Source: Candidatus Hydrothermarchaeota archaeon
GTDB lineage: Archaea; CAYFZR01
NCBI GenBank assembly: GCA_046760505.1
Contig: JBHIEG010000005.1
Location: forward strand, 1 to 64,000
Direction of reading: 5' to 3'
DNA: 64,000 bases
Part shown: piece after piece, positions 37,298 through 47,281 of the stretch
Layout of the letters: each line of letters starts with the position of its first letter
Numbering within the stretch: the stretch's first letter is position 1
Translations under genes and position numbers: made by a program
The notes under the pieces: generated by a model
Told to the model about the DNA's origin: nothing
Seen by the model: only the letters and a program-made list of their open reading frames with translations
The model's database searches: none

Positions 37298-37536
37298 CCC
37301 AGGCCCCCGTGAAGTAGGGTATTAAATGATCTTCTTGCAAGATGATTCTTTTTCTTTGGAAGCATATATATATTTCTATAAAACCATAAAAAATTTGAAA
37401 TAAACTTCGTATCAGAGTAAAATGAGAAAGGAAGGTTTATAAGTTCCATTCAAAATAAATAGCACCTCTCCTGCTGATATGATTCAGGAAATTAAATATA
37501 AATATGCAGATAAAAACAAAATTTAGAGGCATGTAG

Positions 37537-38814
37537 ATGTTGGATATCAGATTATTCAGAGAAAATCCAGACTTAATAAGAAAATCCGAGGAAAAAAGAT
37601 TTAGAGATCCCAAATTAGTAGATAAGGTTATATTCTATGATAATGAGTGGAGGAAGGCAGTACGAGAAGTAAATGAACTGAAAAGTAAGAGAAACATTAT
37701 ATCAAGGGAAATCTCTGAGATGAAAAAAAGAGGTGAAGACACATCATCTAAAATTAAAGAAATGCAAGAATTAAATGATAAAATCAAGAATCTAGACCGT
37801 AAAACAAGGGAATTGTTAACAAAAAGAGATGAAATTCGCTATCGTATCGGGAACATCTTGCACGATTCAGTTCCTGTGGGCCCTGATGAATCATACAACG
37901 AGATTGTGCGGGAATGGGGTAAGATTCCTAAATTTGATTTTAAGCCAAAACATCATGTAGATTTAGTTTTAGATCTAAATCTAGCTGATTTAGAAAAAGC
38001 AGCCCAGGTTTCTGGTTCAAGGTTTTACTATCTAAAAAATGACCTCTTATTTTTAAATTTAGCCTTGATTCATCTTGCCCTAAATTATCTTGTTAGTAAG
38101 GGTTACACCCCGTTTTGGACCCCTTACCTAATAAAGAAAGAAGTAATGAGGGCTGTTTCCGAGCTAGCGGATTTTGAAGAGCAGTTATATAAAGTAGAGG
38201 GCGAAGATCTCTTCTTAATTGCAACTTCAGAACAAACCCTCGGCGCCTTGCATTTCAATGAGATCATTGATGAAAGAGACCTTCCTTTAAAGTACACAGG
38301 GTTCTCAACTTGCTTTAGAAGAGAAGCAGGAGCCCATGGCAAAGATACAAAAGGAATCTTCAGAGTTCATCAGTTCGATAAGGTGGAGCAGTTTGTATTT
38401 TGTAAACCAGAAGATTCTTGGGATCTTCACGAGGAAATGATACAGCATGCGGAGAAACTATACCAGATGTTGGAACTGCCCTATAGAGTGGTAAATATCG
38501 CGAGCGGAGAGATGAACGATAACGCTGCGAAAAAATATGACCTAGAGGTATGGTTTCCAAGCCAGAGTACGTACAGAGAAGTCGTTTCTTGCAGCAATTG
38601 CACAGATTACCAGGCAAGAAAACTAAATATACGTTATGGCAGGGTTGGAACGAAAAAAGAATTTGTACACACACTAAATTCAACTGCAATTGCCACAGAG
38701 AGGACTATATGCTCTATACTTGAGAATTACCAGAGAGAAGATGGATCGGTAGAGATCCCAAAGGTACTACGAAAATATATGGGTGGAAAGAAAGAGATAC
38801 TGACTCCTGCCTGA
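37537..38814 (+). CDS. serS: Seryl-tRNA synthetase (standard type)
   Basis: MLDI..FR.NP, ATSE, CFRREAG.HG.DT.GIFRVHQF.KVEQF, KYDLE.W, EVVSCSNCTDYQ.R, HTLN.T. Confidence 0.97.
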   Translation: MLDIRLFRENPDLIRKSEEKRFRDPKLVDKVIFYDNEWRKAVREVNELKSKRNIISREISEMKKRGEDTSSKIKEMQELNDKIKNLDRKTRELLTKRDEIRYRIGNILHDSVPVGPDESYNEIVREWGKIPKFDFKPKHHVDLVLDLNLADLEKAAQVSGSRFYYLKNDLLFLNLALIHLALNYLVSKGYTPFWTPYLIKKEVMRAVSELADFEEQLYKVEGEDLFLIATSEQTLGALHFNEIIDERDLPLKYTGFSTCFRREAGAHGKDTKGIFRVHQFDKVEQFVFCKPEDSWDLHEEMIQHAEKLYQMLELPYRVVNIASGEMNDNAAKKYDLEVWFPSQSTYREVVSCSNCTDYQARKLNIRYGRVGTKKEFVHTLNSTAIATERTICSILENYQREDGSVEIPKVLRKYMGGKKEILTPA

Positions 38815-38884
38815 GAATTTCATGTTGCTCTTTATTCATAACCGATAGATATATAAAGCGACTCTCCATCAAATTTGTGATCGT

Positions 38885-39478
38885 ATGGCGAAAAGAAAGA
38901 GAGTAAGTAGGAAGGCAAAAGATACATGGAAGGCAAAAAAATGGTACAAAATAATATCCCCAGAGACCTTCGGGTCTACTCCCATCGGGGAAACTCCAAG
39001 CGACGATCCCTCAAAACTCATAGGCAGGGTTGTAGAGGTTACATTGCATGAGCTCACCGGGGATTTCAGCAAGAGTTACGTAAAATTAAGGTTTGAGATC
39101 AATGAGGTAAGAGGAGACAAGGCTTATACAAAATTCATTGGTCATTCACTTGCAAGAGATTACATACGGAGTCTTGTAAGGAGAGGTTCAAGTAAGGTTG
39201 AGGGAATCACAGACGTATTCACAAAGGACCAGTACAAAATCAGGGTAAAGGGTCTGGTCTTTACTACAAGAAGAACTAAAACCTCACAAGAGAGACTGAT
39301 CAGAAAGAAGATGTTTGAAACCGTGGAAAAAATAGCCCAAGAAAGACCTTTTAAGCAATTCGTACAGGAAGTCGTTTTGGGTAAATTGAGTGCAGATGTG
39401 TATAAGGCGGCTCTTAAGGCATACTCCTTGAGGAGTGTTGAGATAAGAGAAACAGAGGTTCTAGCAGAGCCAGCCTAG
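38885..39478 (+). CDS. rps3ae: 30S ribosomal protein S3Ae (eS1)
   Basis: D.WK.K.WY, IGR..E.TL.ELTGD, DY.RSLVRR..SK, VEIR. Confidence 0.96.
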   Translation: MAKRKRVSRKAKDTWKAKKWYKIISPETFGSTPIGETPSDDPSKLIGRVVEVTLHELTGDFSKSYVKLRFEINEVRGDKAYTKFIGHSLARDYIRSLVRRGSSKVEGITDVFTKDQYKIRVKGLVFTTRRTKTSQERLIRKKMFETVEKIAQERPFKQFVQEVVLGKLSADVYKAALKAYSLRSVEIRETEVLAEPA

Positions 39479-39516
39479 TCCATTTAGAATAAATAAAAAC
39501 TACACAGGATTAAAAA

Positions 39517-40281
39517 ATGACCAGAAAAATTCTAGGAGTCGTACATCTCTTACCATTGCCTGGCTCCCCAGATTTTGAGGATATTGACCTAGTATTAGAG
39601 AGAGCAAGGTCAGACACTTCAAAGTACTATGAAGCAGGCTTCGATGGAATAATAATAGAAAACTTCGGGGACATGCCCTTTGAAAAAGAAGCGAGAAAGG
39701 AAACCATCGCTTCCATGGCTATAGTAGCAAACGAAATACGTAAAACTTTTGATTTCACCATTGGAATAAATTTACTTAGAAATGACCCTATCGGGGCTAT
39801 AGCGATTGCTGGAGTCGCAAAATGCGATTTTGTCAGAATTAACGTTCATGTGGGAACATATGTAACGGATCAGGGAATAATTGAGGGAAACGCGGGTAAA
39901 ACGCTCCGATACAGAAGGATGTTTCCATCCATAAAAATATATGCGGACGTTCATGTAAAGCATGCATATCCCCTAATGAACCTAGCAATTGAAGAAGCCG
40001 CATTGGATTGCTGGAAGAGAGGTAAAGCAGATGCCTTAATTGTTACAGGGAAACGCACGGGAGGAAAAATAGATATCGAAGAATTGAAAAGAGTTAAGCA
40101 AACTGTAGGATGTCCGGTCTTTGCAGGAAGCGGTGTGGGTAAGAATAACATATCGGAAATACTTAAATATGCAGACGGTGCTATAATAGGAAGCCAAGTG
40201 AAGCGCAACAACGATCCTAATCAGCCAGTTGATGAGGTAAAAGCGAAAGAAATTATAAAATTGGTCAAAAGTTCTATATAA
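39517..40281 (+). CDS. btpA: BtpA/SgcQ family TIM-barrel protein
   Basis: GVVHL.PLPGSP, IENFGD.PF, G.N.LRND, F.RIN, DQG..EG, AD.HVKH, VTG..TG, GSG. Confidence 0.92.
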   Translation: MTRKILGVVHLLPLPGSPDFEDIDLVLERARSDTSKYYEAGFDGIIIENFGDMPFEKEARKETIASMAIVANEIRKTFDFTIGINLLRNDPIGAIAIAGVAKCDFVRINVHVGTYVTDQGIIEGNAGKTLRYRRMFPSIKIYADVHVKHAYPLMNLAIEEAALDCWKRGKADALIVTGKRTGGKIDIEELKRVKQTVGCPVFAGSGVGKNNISEILKYADGAIIGSQVKRNNDPNQPVDEVKAKEIIKLVKSSI

Positions 40282-40976
40282 TGGGGAGTTGGATGATGTT
40301 TTGGTCAAAGATTCTCATTTGCTTAGTTCTTGGAATTCTCTGTTATATGAAAAAAGTTTTTGACTTCACTGGCTCCTTGTCTGCTTTCTTCGTTGGACTC
40401 ATAGTCCTTTTTTCAACCGATTTCTCATGGTTTTTTCTTCTCCTAAGTTTTGTTTTTTTCGGTTATTTGTCAACGCGGTATAAATACGATAAAAAAAAAT
40501 CCATGAACGTCGCCGAGGGAGATTCAGGAAGAAGATCTTGGAGAAATGTTATGGGAAATGGACTGATTCCCACCATTATGGCTGTAACAGGAAACTTTCA
40601 TGGTTACCTTGGAGCGGTTTCAACTGCATTGGCTGACACCTTGGCTGCTGAAATAGGTGTGTTATCGAAGACCCAGCCTCGGTTAATCACAAATCCTTCG
40701 AAGATTGTCCCGCATGGAACAGATGGCGGAGTTACTCTATTGGGCACCACAATGGGAATCATTGGTGCCTCCTTCATGGGTATTTTTGCATACGTATTGT
40801 TCCATAATCTCTACTATACCACAGTTGCCCTGTTATCAGGTTTCATCGGGTGCATGGCAGATAGCGTACTGGGTGCCCTTCTCGAGAGAAATGGGTATAT
40901 TACTGGAGATGTCGTGAATATCTGCGCAACATCCGTAGGAGCTTTCGCAGGGATATTCGTGGCTAGGGGAATTTGA
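40281..40976 (+). CDS. DUF92 (TMEM19-like) membrane protein
   Basis: GRR...NV..NG, ADT.A.EIG, RLIT, V..GTDGGV..LG, DS.LGA.LE, VN. Confidence 0.9.
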   Translation: MGSWMMFWSKILICLVLGILCYMKKVFDFTGSLSAFFVGLIVLFSTDFSWFFLLLSFVFFGYLSTRYKYDKKKSMNVAEGDSGRRSWRNVMGNGLIPTIMAVTGNFHGYLGAVSTALADTLAAEIGVLSKTQPRLITNPSKIVPHGTDGGVTLLGTTMGIIGASFMGIFAYVLFHNLYYTTVALLSGFIGCMADSVLGALLERNGYITGDVVNICATSVGAFAGIFVARGI

Positions 40977-41201
40977 TTTATTGGATAATAAGGAGTAAAT
41001 AATAAGAAATAAAGTAAGAGGGAAATAAGTAATGGGTAAAATGATACAGAAAGGTACCCTAAGTAAATTATATTTTTAAATTAGGTGAAATTAAATTATG
41101 CCGGGTATAAATTACACTGGATATGCTATATAGGTAACTAAATTCAGTTTACCATGATAAAGATAATAAGTTTAAAATAATAAGTTAAGGAAGTGAACTG
41201 A

Positions 41202-42557
41202 GTGGGGTTATTTGGCACATCAGGAATAAGGGCTGTCGTCCAAGAAGAACTTACATCCGAGATAGCACATCTTGCAGGTCTTTCTCTCGGCACTTATTTG
41301 AACAATCAGGGCATGGTTCTGGTTGGGAGAGATCCCCGAACTTCTGGAGAGATGATCGAGCACGCGGTAATATCAGGGCTTCTCTCCTCAGGCTGCGAGG
41401 TTCTAAAACTTGGAATAGTGCCCACGCCTACGATTGCTCTTGCGACTAAGTACTATAATGGAGATGCGGGCGTTTCCATTACAGCGTCTCATAACCCGCC
41501 TGAATACAACGGAATAAAGTTCTGGCAACCGAACGGCATGGCGTATACTCCACACATGGAAGAGAAGATTGAAAACATTATAAAACACAGATCTTTCAAA
41601 AGAGTTGACTGGTCTCGAATAAAAGGCGTTTCCTCCCTCCATGGTGTCAGTGACGTTCATATTAACGCCATTATAAAGTCTGTAAGCATAGACAATCCTT
41701 TAAGAGTCGTCATTGATTGCGCGAATGGAGCATCTTCAAGTATAACTCCATACGTGCTTAGAAAATTGGGATGCGATGTAATCACATTGAACTCCCAGTT
41801 GGATGGTCATTTTCCAGGCAGACATCCTGAACCATGTTCAGATACCCTGAATGACCTTTGTAAGGTGGTGAAGTCTATAGGCGCTGATGTCGGTATTGCC
41901 CATGATGGAGACGGCGATAGAACGGTAGTTGTAGATGAAAGAGGATCTTTGGTAGATTTTGATAAGTTTCTGGCACTTGTAGCAGGTGAAATGACCGTTA
42001 AGAACTCTATTGTAGTTACAAACATCGATACTTCAATATGCGTTGACGAATATGTTGCTAAAAAAGGAGGAAATGTTATAAGAACTAAGGTAGGCGACGT
42101 TCATATAGCAGAGGCTATAATAAACCATGGCGCAGTATTTGGAGGGGAACCAAGCGGTTCTTTAATATTTCCGGATGTGCACCTATGTCCTGATGGCCCT
42201 CTTGCTGGGGCAAAGATTGTTGAGATAATAGATAAGTCTGGGGAAAGTCTAAGCGAGCTCGTCGAGAGAATTCCCAGTTATCCCTTGGAGAGAGGCAAAG
42301 TAAAATGCAGAAATGACCTTAAATTAATTTTAATGAACCTTCTAAAGGAGGAATTACCGAAAAGATTAGAGGACATAGATCATGTGGATGAAATAGACGG
42401 TATTAGAATTGTACTGAAAGATAATTCTTGGATACTTGTCAGACCTTCTGGAACAGAGCCTTATATGAGGATAACCGTGGAAGCAAAGGAGGATCCAAGT
42501 TGTCTGTATGAAACTACCTTCGAAACCCTTAAGGAGCTCTTGGAGAAAATAGGATGA
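41202..42557 (+). CDS. glmM: Phosphoglucosamine mutase / phosphomannomutase
   Basis: LFGTSGIR, TASHNPPEYNG, DGDGDR, GGE.SG, VRPSGTEP. Confidence 0.92.
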   Translation: MGLFGTSGIRAVVQEELTSEIAHLAGLSLGTYLNNQGMVLVGRDPRTSGEMIEHAVISGLLSSGCEVLKLGIVPTPTIALATKYYNGDAGVSITASHNPPEYNGIKFWQPNGMAYTPHMEEKIENIIKHRSFKRVDWSRIKGVSSLHGVSDVHINAIIKSVSIDNPLRVVIDCANGASSSITPYVLRKLGCDVITLNSQLDGHFPGRHPEPCSDTLNDLCKVVKSIGADVGIAHDGDGDRTVVVDERGSLVDFDKFLALVAGEMTVKNSIVVTNIDTSICVDEYVAKKGGNVIRTKVGDVHIAEAIINHGAVFGGEPSGSLIFPDVHLCPDGPLAGAKIVEIIDKSGESLSELVERIPSYPLERGKVKCRNDLKLILMNLLKEELPKRLEDIDHVDEIDGIRIVLKDNSWILVRPSGTEPYMRITVEAKEDPSCLYETTFETLKELLEKIG

Positions 42558-43801
42558 AGGTTGTCATACTTGCTGCAGGAGAAGGGACAAGACTTAGGCC
42601 TCTCACACTCACCTCCCCTAAGGTATTGCTTCCCCTAGCAAATAAGCCCCTATTAAAACATGTAATAGAGAGAACTAAAGAAAGAGAGATAATTTTGGTC
42701 GTCAACTACATGAAGGACAAAATAAAAGAGTTCTTTGAGAATAATGATTATGAAATCGTTTTTATAGAGCAAGGAGATACGTTAGGCACGGCTCATGCTA
42801 TATCTTGCGTTGAAAAATTTATCGATGAGGACTTCATAGCGATAAACGGAGATATAGTTTACGATCAAAGTCTAAAAGATGATATAGTATCATTTCACTT
42901 TAAAAACAACTCAAAAGCAACTTTAGCCGTAAAAAAAATTAGAAACTGCTCTAATTATGGTGTAATCAAGTTAGAGGGTTATAAGGTAAAAAATGTAGTC
43001 GAAAAACCTGAGAAAACTGAGAATATGGAGTACGTGAATCTTGGGTTCTATGTGTTCGATCCAATAATATTTGATTACATAAAAAAGACAAAAACGTCGA
43101 AAAGAGGAGAATACGAGATAACGGACTCGATCCAACTTATGTTGAGTGAAGAAGACGTATTTGCCTTCCCGTATGAAGGAACTTGGATAGACATCGGTAG
43201 ACCATGGGACCTGCTGACTGCGAATCAGTATTTCCTTTCCGATTTAAAAAGAGAGTTGGGTGGCGAGTGTGAAAATAACGCAAAAATAATAGGAAACGTG
43301 AAGATTGGAAAGGGAACCAAGGTAAGGAGCGGATCCTACATCGAGGGTCCTGCTATAATAGGAAACCACTGTGACATCGGACCTAACTGTTACATAAGAA
43401 AAGGTACTTCCATTGGTGATTATGTAAGGATAGGGAACGCAGTCGAGATAAAAAATTCCATTATAATGGAAGGAACCCGAATAGGTCATCTCACATACGT
43501 CGGAGACAGTATTGTTGGAAGGGAATGCAATTTTGGTGCTGGAACACTGGTCGGAAATCTTCGCTTAGATGAAAAGAACGTCTTTGTAACCATAAAGGGT
43601 GAGAAGGTAGACAGCGGAAGGAGAAAGTTGGGAGCAATAATAGGAGATAGAGTGAAGACAGGTTTGAACGTCACAATTAATCCTGGCGTTACCATAGGTC
43701 ACAACTCCTTCATTTATCCAGGAGTTAACCTGATGGAAGATTTGCCGCCTAATTCTATAATATATGCGGAGCAAAAGATAGTTAAGAAAAGGAAAAAATA
43801 G
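42554..43801 (+). CDS. glmU: Bifunctional sugar-1-phosphate nucleotidyltransferase/acetyltransferase (archaeal GlmU)
   Basis: LAAGEGTRLRPLT, S.RGEYE.TD, W.D.GRPWDLL, hexapeptide repeats, H..YVGDS, NFGAGT...NLR.D. Confidence 0.9.
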   Translation: MKVVILAAGEGTRLRPLTLTSPKVLLPLANKPLLKHVIERTKEREIILVVNYMKDKIKEFFENNDYEIVFIEQGDTLGTAHAISCVEKFIDEDFIAINGDIVYDQSLKDDIVSFHFKNNSKATLAVKKIRNCSNYGVIKLEGYKVKNVVEKPEKTENMEYVNLGFYVFDPIIFDYIKKTKTSKRGEYEITDSIQLMLSEEDVFAFPYEGTWIDIGRPWDLLTANQYFLSDLKRELGGECENNAKIIGNVKIGKGTKVRSGSYIEGPAIIGNHCDIGPNCYIRKGTSIGDYVRIGNAVEIKNSIIMEGTRIGHLTYVGDSIVGRECNFGAGTLVGNLRLDEKNVFVTIKGEKVDSGRRKLGAIIGDRVKTGLNVTINPGVTIGHNSFIYPGVNLMEDLPPNSIIYAEQKIVKKRKK

Positions 43802-43816
43802 TTTGGAGATGTTTAA

Positions 43817-44995
43817 GTGCGAATCGGAATTGTTGGGAAGCCAAACGTAGGGAAGACTACATTCTTCAACGCAATAACTCTAGCTCATGCAGAAGTAGGG
43901 GAGTATCCTTTCACAACTATTAAACCTAACAGGGGTATCACATCTGTCAGAGTGAACTGCGTATGCAAGGAGTTCAATGTTGAATGCAATCCGAGATTTG
44001 GCTCATGTGAGGATGGCATAAGGTTGGTTCCAACAACAATCATAGATGTCGCGGGATTGGTGCCAGATGCCCATAAAGGTAAAGGCCTAGGAAACCAGTT
44101 CTTAAATGATTTGAGTAGAGCAAAGGCATTGATTCATGTAGTTGACATATCAGGCTCAACAGATTCGGAAGGAAATCCTTGTGAGGCAGGGAGAAACGAT
44201 CCCCTTTCGGATATTACATTCCTTGAAAAAGAGATAGACATGTGGTTTCTATCAATACTGGAAAAAGAGTGGAAAAAAATCCTGAGGAGATCTAAACTAA
44301 AAAAGGAAAAAATAGAAGATTTAATTCACGAAAAGATGTCTGGTGTGGGAGTAACAAGGGAAAACGTAATGGATGCAATGAAAAATATGGAAGATGATTG
44401 TGAGTCATGGGATTCTGATAAATTGTTTGAATTCGTTTCTAATCTAAGAAAATTATCAATGCCCATCGTAATCTCAGCAAATAAGATCGACTTACCGCAT
44501 GGAGAGGAAAATTTCAAGAAGATTGAAAAGAAAGGGATAAAACTAATTCCAACCTGTGCTGAGGCTGAACTTGCACTGAGAAGAGCTAGCGAACAAAAAT
44601 TAATCAAATATTCGCCGGGTGATAACCACTTTGAAATAATAGGCGACCTAGAGGAAAAACAAAGAGCAGCACTGAAGTTCATCGAGAAGTTGATCAGAAA
44701 GTGGAACGGCACAGGAGTGCAGCAATGCATTGATTATGTGGTCAAGGACGTGCTTTCATTTATCCCTGTATTTCCGGTTGAAGACGAAAACAAACTCACT
44801 GATAAGGATGGTAACGTGCTTCCAGATGTTTTTTTGATGCCAAAAGGCTCAAGGGCAATAGATCTGGCATACAACATACACACAGAAATCGGAGAAGGAT
44901 TTATATGCGGGATCGATGTTAGAACAAAGAAGAGGGTAGGTAAGGACTACCAATTAAAGGAAGGGGACGTAATCAAAATAATAACTGAGAAATAA
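43817..44995 (+). CDS. ychF: YchF/OBG-family ATPase/GTPase (archaeal)
   Basis: GKPNVGKTT, YPFTTI.PN, DVAGLVP.AH.G.GLGNQFL, NK.D, C-terminal TGS domain. Confidence 0.93.
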   Translation: MRIGIVGKPNVGKTTFFNAITLAHAEVGEYPFTTIKPNRGITSVRVNCVCKEFNVECNPRFGSCEDGIRLVPTTIIDVAGLVPDAHKGKGLGNQFLNDLSRAKALIHVVDISGSTDSEGNPCEAGRNDPLSDITFLEKEIDMWFLSILEKEWKKILRRSKLKKEKIEDLIHEKMSGVGVTRENVMDAMKNMEDDCESWDSDKLFEFVSNLRKLSMPIVISANKIDLPHGEENFKKIEKKGIKLIPTCAEAELALRRASEQKLIKYSPGDNHFEIIGDLEEKQRAALKFIEKLIRKWNGTGVQQCIDYVVKDVLSFIPVFPVEDENKLTDKDGNVLPDVFLMPKGSRAIDLAYNIHTEIGEGFICGIDVRTKKRVGKDYQLKEGDVIKIITEK

Positions 44996-45097
44996 AAGCT
45001 TCGGAAAAATTTAAAGTTATGACAAGTCTTAAATAAGAAAATATTCCTACTGATGAAACATTTAAATATAAAATCAGATCTGCCTAACCTGAAGAGG

Positions 45098-46687
45098 GTG
45101 AAAAACTTGAGGGTTCTTATCACGGACCCGATTGACGAAGAAGGGATAGCACTAATTAAGAAGGTAGGAGAGGTAGAGTACTTGCCGAACATTCCTAGAT
45201 CCGATCTGATTGAAAAAATAAAGGATTACGATATACTAGTTGTAAGAAGCGGAACAAACGTCGACGAAGAAGTTATAAATAGTGGTACAAGGCTCAAGAT
45301 GATTGCCCGAGTTGGAGTTGGAGTAGACAACGTAGATGTCGATGCAGCCACCAGAAGGGGTATAGTGGTAATAAATTCACCAGATGCAAGTTCTATCTCG
45401 GTGGCTGAACACTCTTTTGGTCTTATGCTTGCTCTTGCGAGAAAGATTGTCCAATCAAATATTTCTCTCAAGGAAGGGAAATGGGACAGAAAAAAATTCA
45501 TGGGTACCGAATTACACGGCAAAACCTTGGGCATAATAGGATTAGGAAGAATTGGCTCTCAGGTTGCAATTCGGGCTAAAGCCTTTGGTATGAAGGTAAT
45601 TGCCTATGATCCTTACATATCCGAGGCTGCCATAAAAGAGATGGATGTAAAACTGGTGGATCTTGAGACACTCCTCAAAACATCTGATGTGATATCCATC
45701 CATGTGCCGTTAACAAATAGTACAAGGGATATGATAGACGAAAAAGAATTGAAAATGATGAAGAACACTGCTTTATTGATTAACTGTGCAAGAGGAGGAA
45801 TAGTGAATGAAAAAGCCCTTTACAAAGCGTTGAAAGAAGGTTGGATTGCAGGGGCTGCACTGGATGTGTTTTCCACAGAGCCTCCAAGGGACAATCCTTT
45901 ATTGACCTTAGAAAACTTAATTTCAACCCCTCACTTGGGCGCTTCTACGGAGGAAGCGCAAAAAAGCGCTGCTGTGGAGATAGGTAACGAAATAATTAAT
46001 TTCACCAATAACAAGCCACTGCACAATGTCGTAAATATGCCGGTTATGGATCCAGAAACCTTAAAGAGATTAGAACCGTATATTCCACTCTCAGAGAAAC
46101 TAGGGAGGCTTGCGATACAGTTAATTAAGGGCAGATTGGTTGAGGTAAACGCTACTTATTGTGGTGAACTCTCTAAAATCGACCAACTGGCTCTACTAAC
46201 TTCCTCATGCTTGAAGGGAATCTTGAATCAGATAATTATGGAGCCGGTGAACGTGATAAATGCACCAGTTATTTCGAAAAAGAGAGGTATTAAAGTAGTA
46301 GAAGGAAAAACTGAGGTAGCAAACGGTTTCAAAGCTCTTATCAGGCTGAATTTGAGAACAGAAGAGGGCAATTCCATAGAAGTGGCAGGTACCCGCGATA
46401 TCAGAGGGATGGAAAAACTTCTTGAAATAGACGGTTACAGCATGGATATTCCTCTGGAAGGAATACTTTTATTTGTGAAAATAGAAGATCGTCCTGGAAT
46501 GATAGGAAGAGTAGGAACGATACTTGGATCTCATGCAATCAACATTGCAGCAATGCAGGTGGGGAGAAAAGAAAAAGGTGGAATCATGCTTATGGCTAAT
46601 GTATTAGATCATGACGTAACAAAGGAAGTGTTGGCGGTCTTGGAGAGCGCAGACGGTATAATAGAAGCCACTCCAGCAAGGATATGA
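45098..46687 (+). CDS. serA: D-3-phosphoglycerate dehydrogenase (long form, ASB+ACT)
   Basis: VRS.T, R.GVGVDN, AEH, GLGRIG, NCARGG, LDVF..EP, TPHLGAST.EAQ, DRPG.IG. Confidence 0.95.
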   Translation: MKNLRVLITDPIDEEGIALIKKVGEVEYLPNIPRSDLIEKIKDYDILVVRSGTNVDEEVINSGTRLKMIARVGVGVDNVDVDAATRRGIVVINSPDASSISVAEHSFGLMLALARKIVQSNISLKEGKWDRKKFMGTELHGKTLGIIGLGRIGSQVAIRAKAFGMKVIAYDPYISEAAIKEMDVKLVDLETLLKTSDVISIHVPLTNSTRDMIDEKELKMMKNTALLINCARGGIVNEKALYKALKEGWIAGAALDVFSTEPPRDNPLLTLENLISTPHLGASTEEAQKSAAVEIGNEIINFTNNKPLHNVVNMPVMDPETLKRLEPYIPLSEKLGRLAIQLIKGRLVEVNATYCGELSKIDQLALLTSSCLKGILNQIIMEPVNVINAPVISKKRGIKVVEGKTEVANGFKALIRLNLRTEEGNSIEVAGTRDIRGMEKLLEIDGYSMDIPLEGILLFVKIEDRPGMIGRVGTILGSHAINIAAMQVGRKEKGGIMLMANVLDHDVTKEVLAVLESADGIIEATPARI

Positions 46688-46696
46688 GGTTTTTTC

Positions 46697-47281
46697 ATGT
46701 CATACTATAAATATCTAGCAGAAGCTTGGAAATCGCCCGAAAAAAGTTATATTGGAGAATTGTTAAAGAAAAGAATGATCTCCTGGAGAAAAGGGCCTAG
46801 TGTGGTAAGGGTAGAAAGACCTCTCAGGATTGATCGTGCAAGGAGTTTAGGATACAAGGCGAAACAAGGCTTTGTTGTATGTAGAATTCGCATAAGAAGA
46901 GGTGGAATGAGGAAATCTAGGCCTAGGGGTGGAAGAAGGCCTAAGAGGATGGGAGTCAGGAAACTATCTCCCAAGAAAAGTTTGCAGTGGATCGCGGAAG
47001 AGAGAGCAGCAAGAAGATTCCCAAATCTTGAAGTTCTAAACTCTTATTGGATAGGCGAGGATGGAAAATACAAATACTTCGAAATTATTCTGGTTGATCC
47101 AAATCATCCTGTTATAAAGAGTGACCCAAAGATAAATTGGATTACAGAATCTGTGCATAGGGGTAGAGTCTTTCGAGGGCTTACCAGTGCGGGAAGAAAA
47201 TCGAGAGGCCTTAGAAATAAGGGTCGCGGATCTGAAAAAGTAAGGCCCAGTGTAAGAAAATATAGGAGTAGAGGTAAATAA
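46697..47281 (+). CDS. rpl15e: 50S ribosomal protein L15e
   Basis: [37 protein letters not shown]. Confidence 0.97.
   Translation: MSYYKYLAEAWKSPEKSYIGELLKKRMISWRKGPSVVRVERPLRIDRARSLGYKAKQGFVVCRIRIRRGGMRKSRPRGGRRPKRMGVRKLSPKKSLQWIAEERAARRFPNLEVLNSYWIGEDGKYKYFEIILVDPNHPVIKSDPKINWITESVHRGRVFRGLTSAGRKSRGLRNKGRGSEKVRPSVRKYRSRGK

Noticed and set aside
45048-45092. CTGATGA...CTGA resembling a C/D sRNA before serA
   Set aside because: No C' box, AT-rich guide regions, and it contains the likely TATA box of serA.
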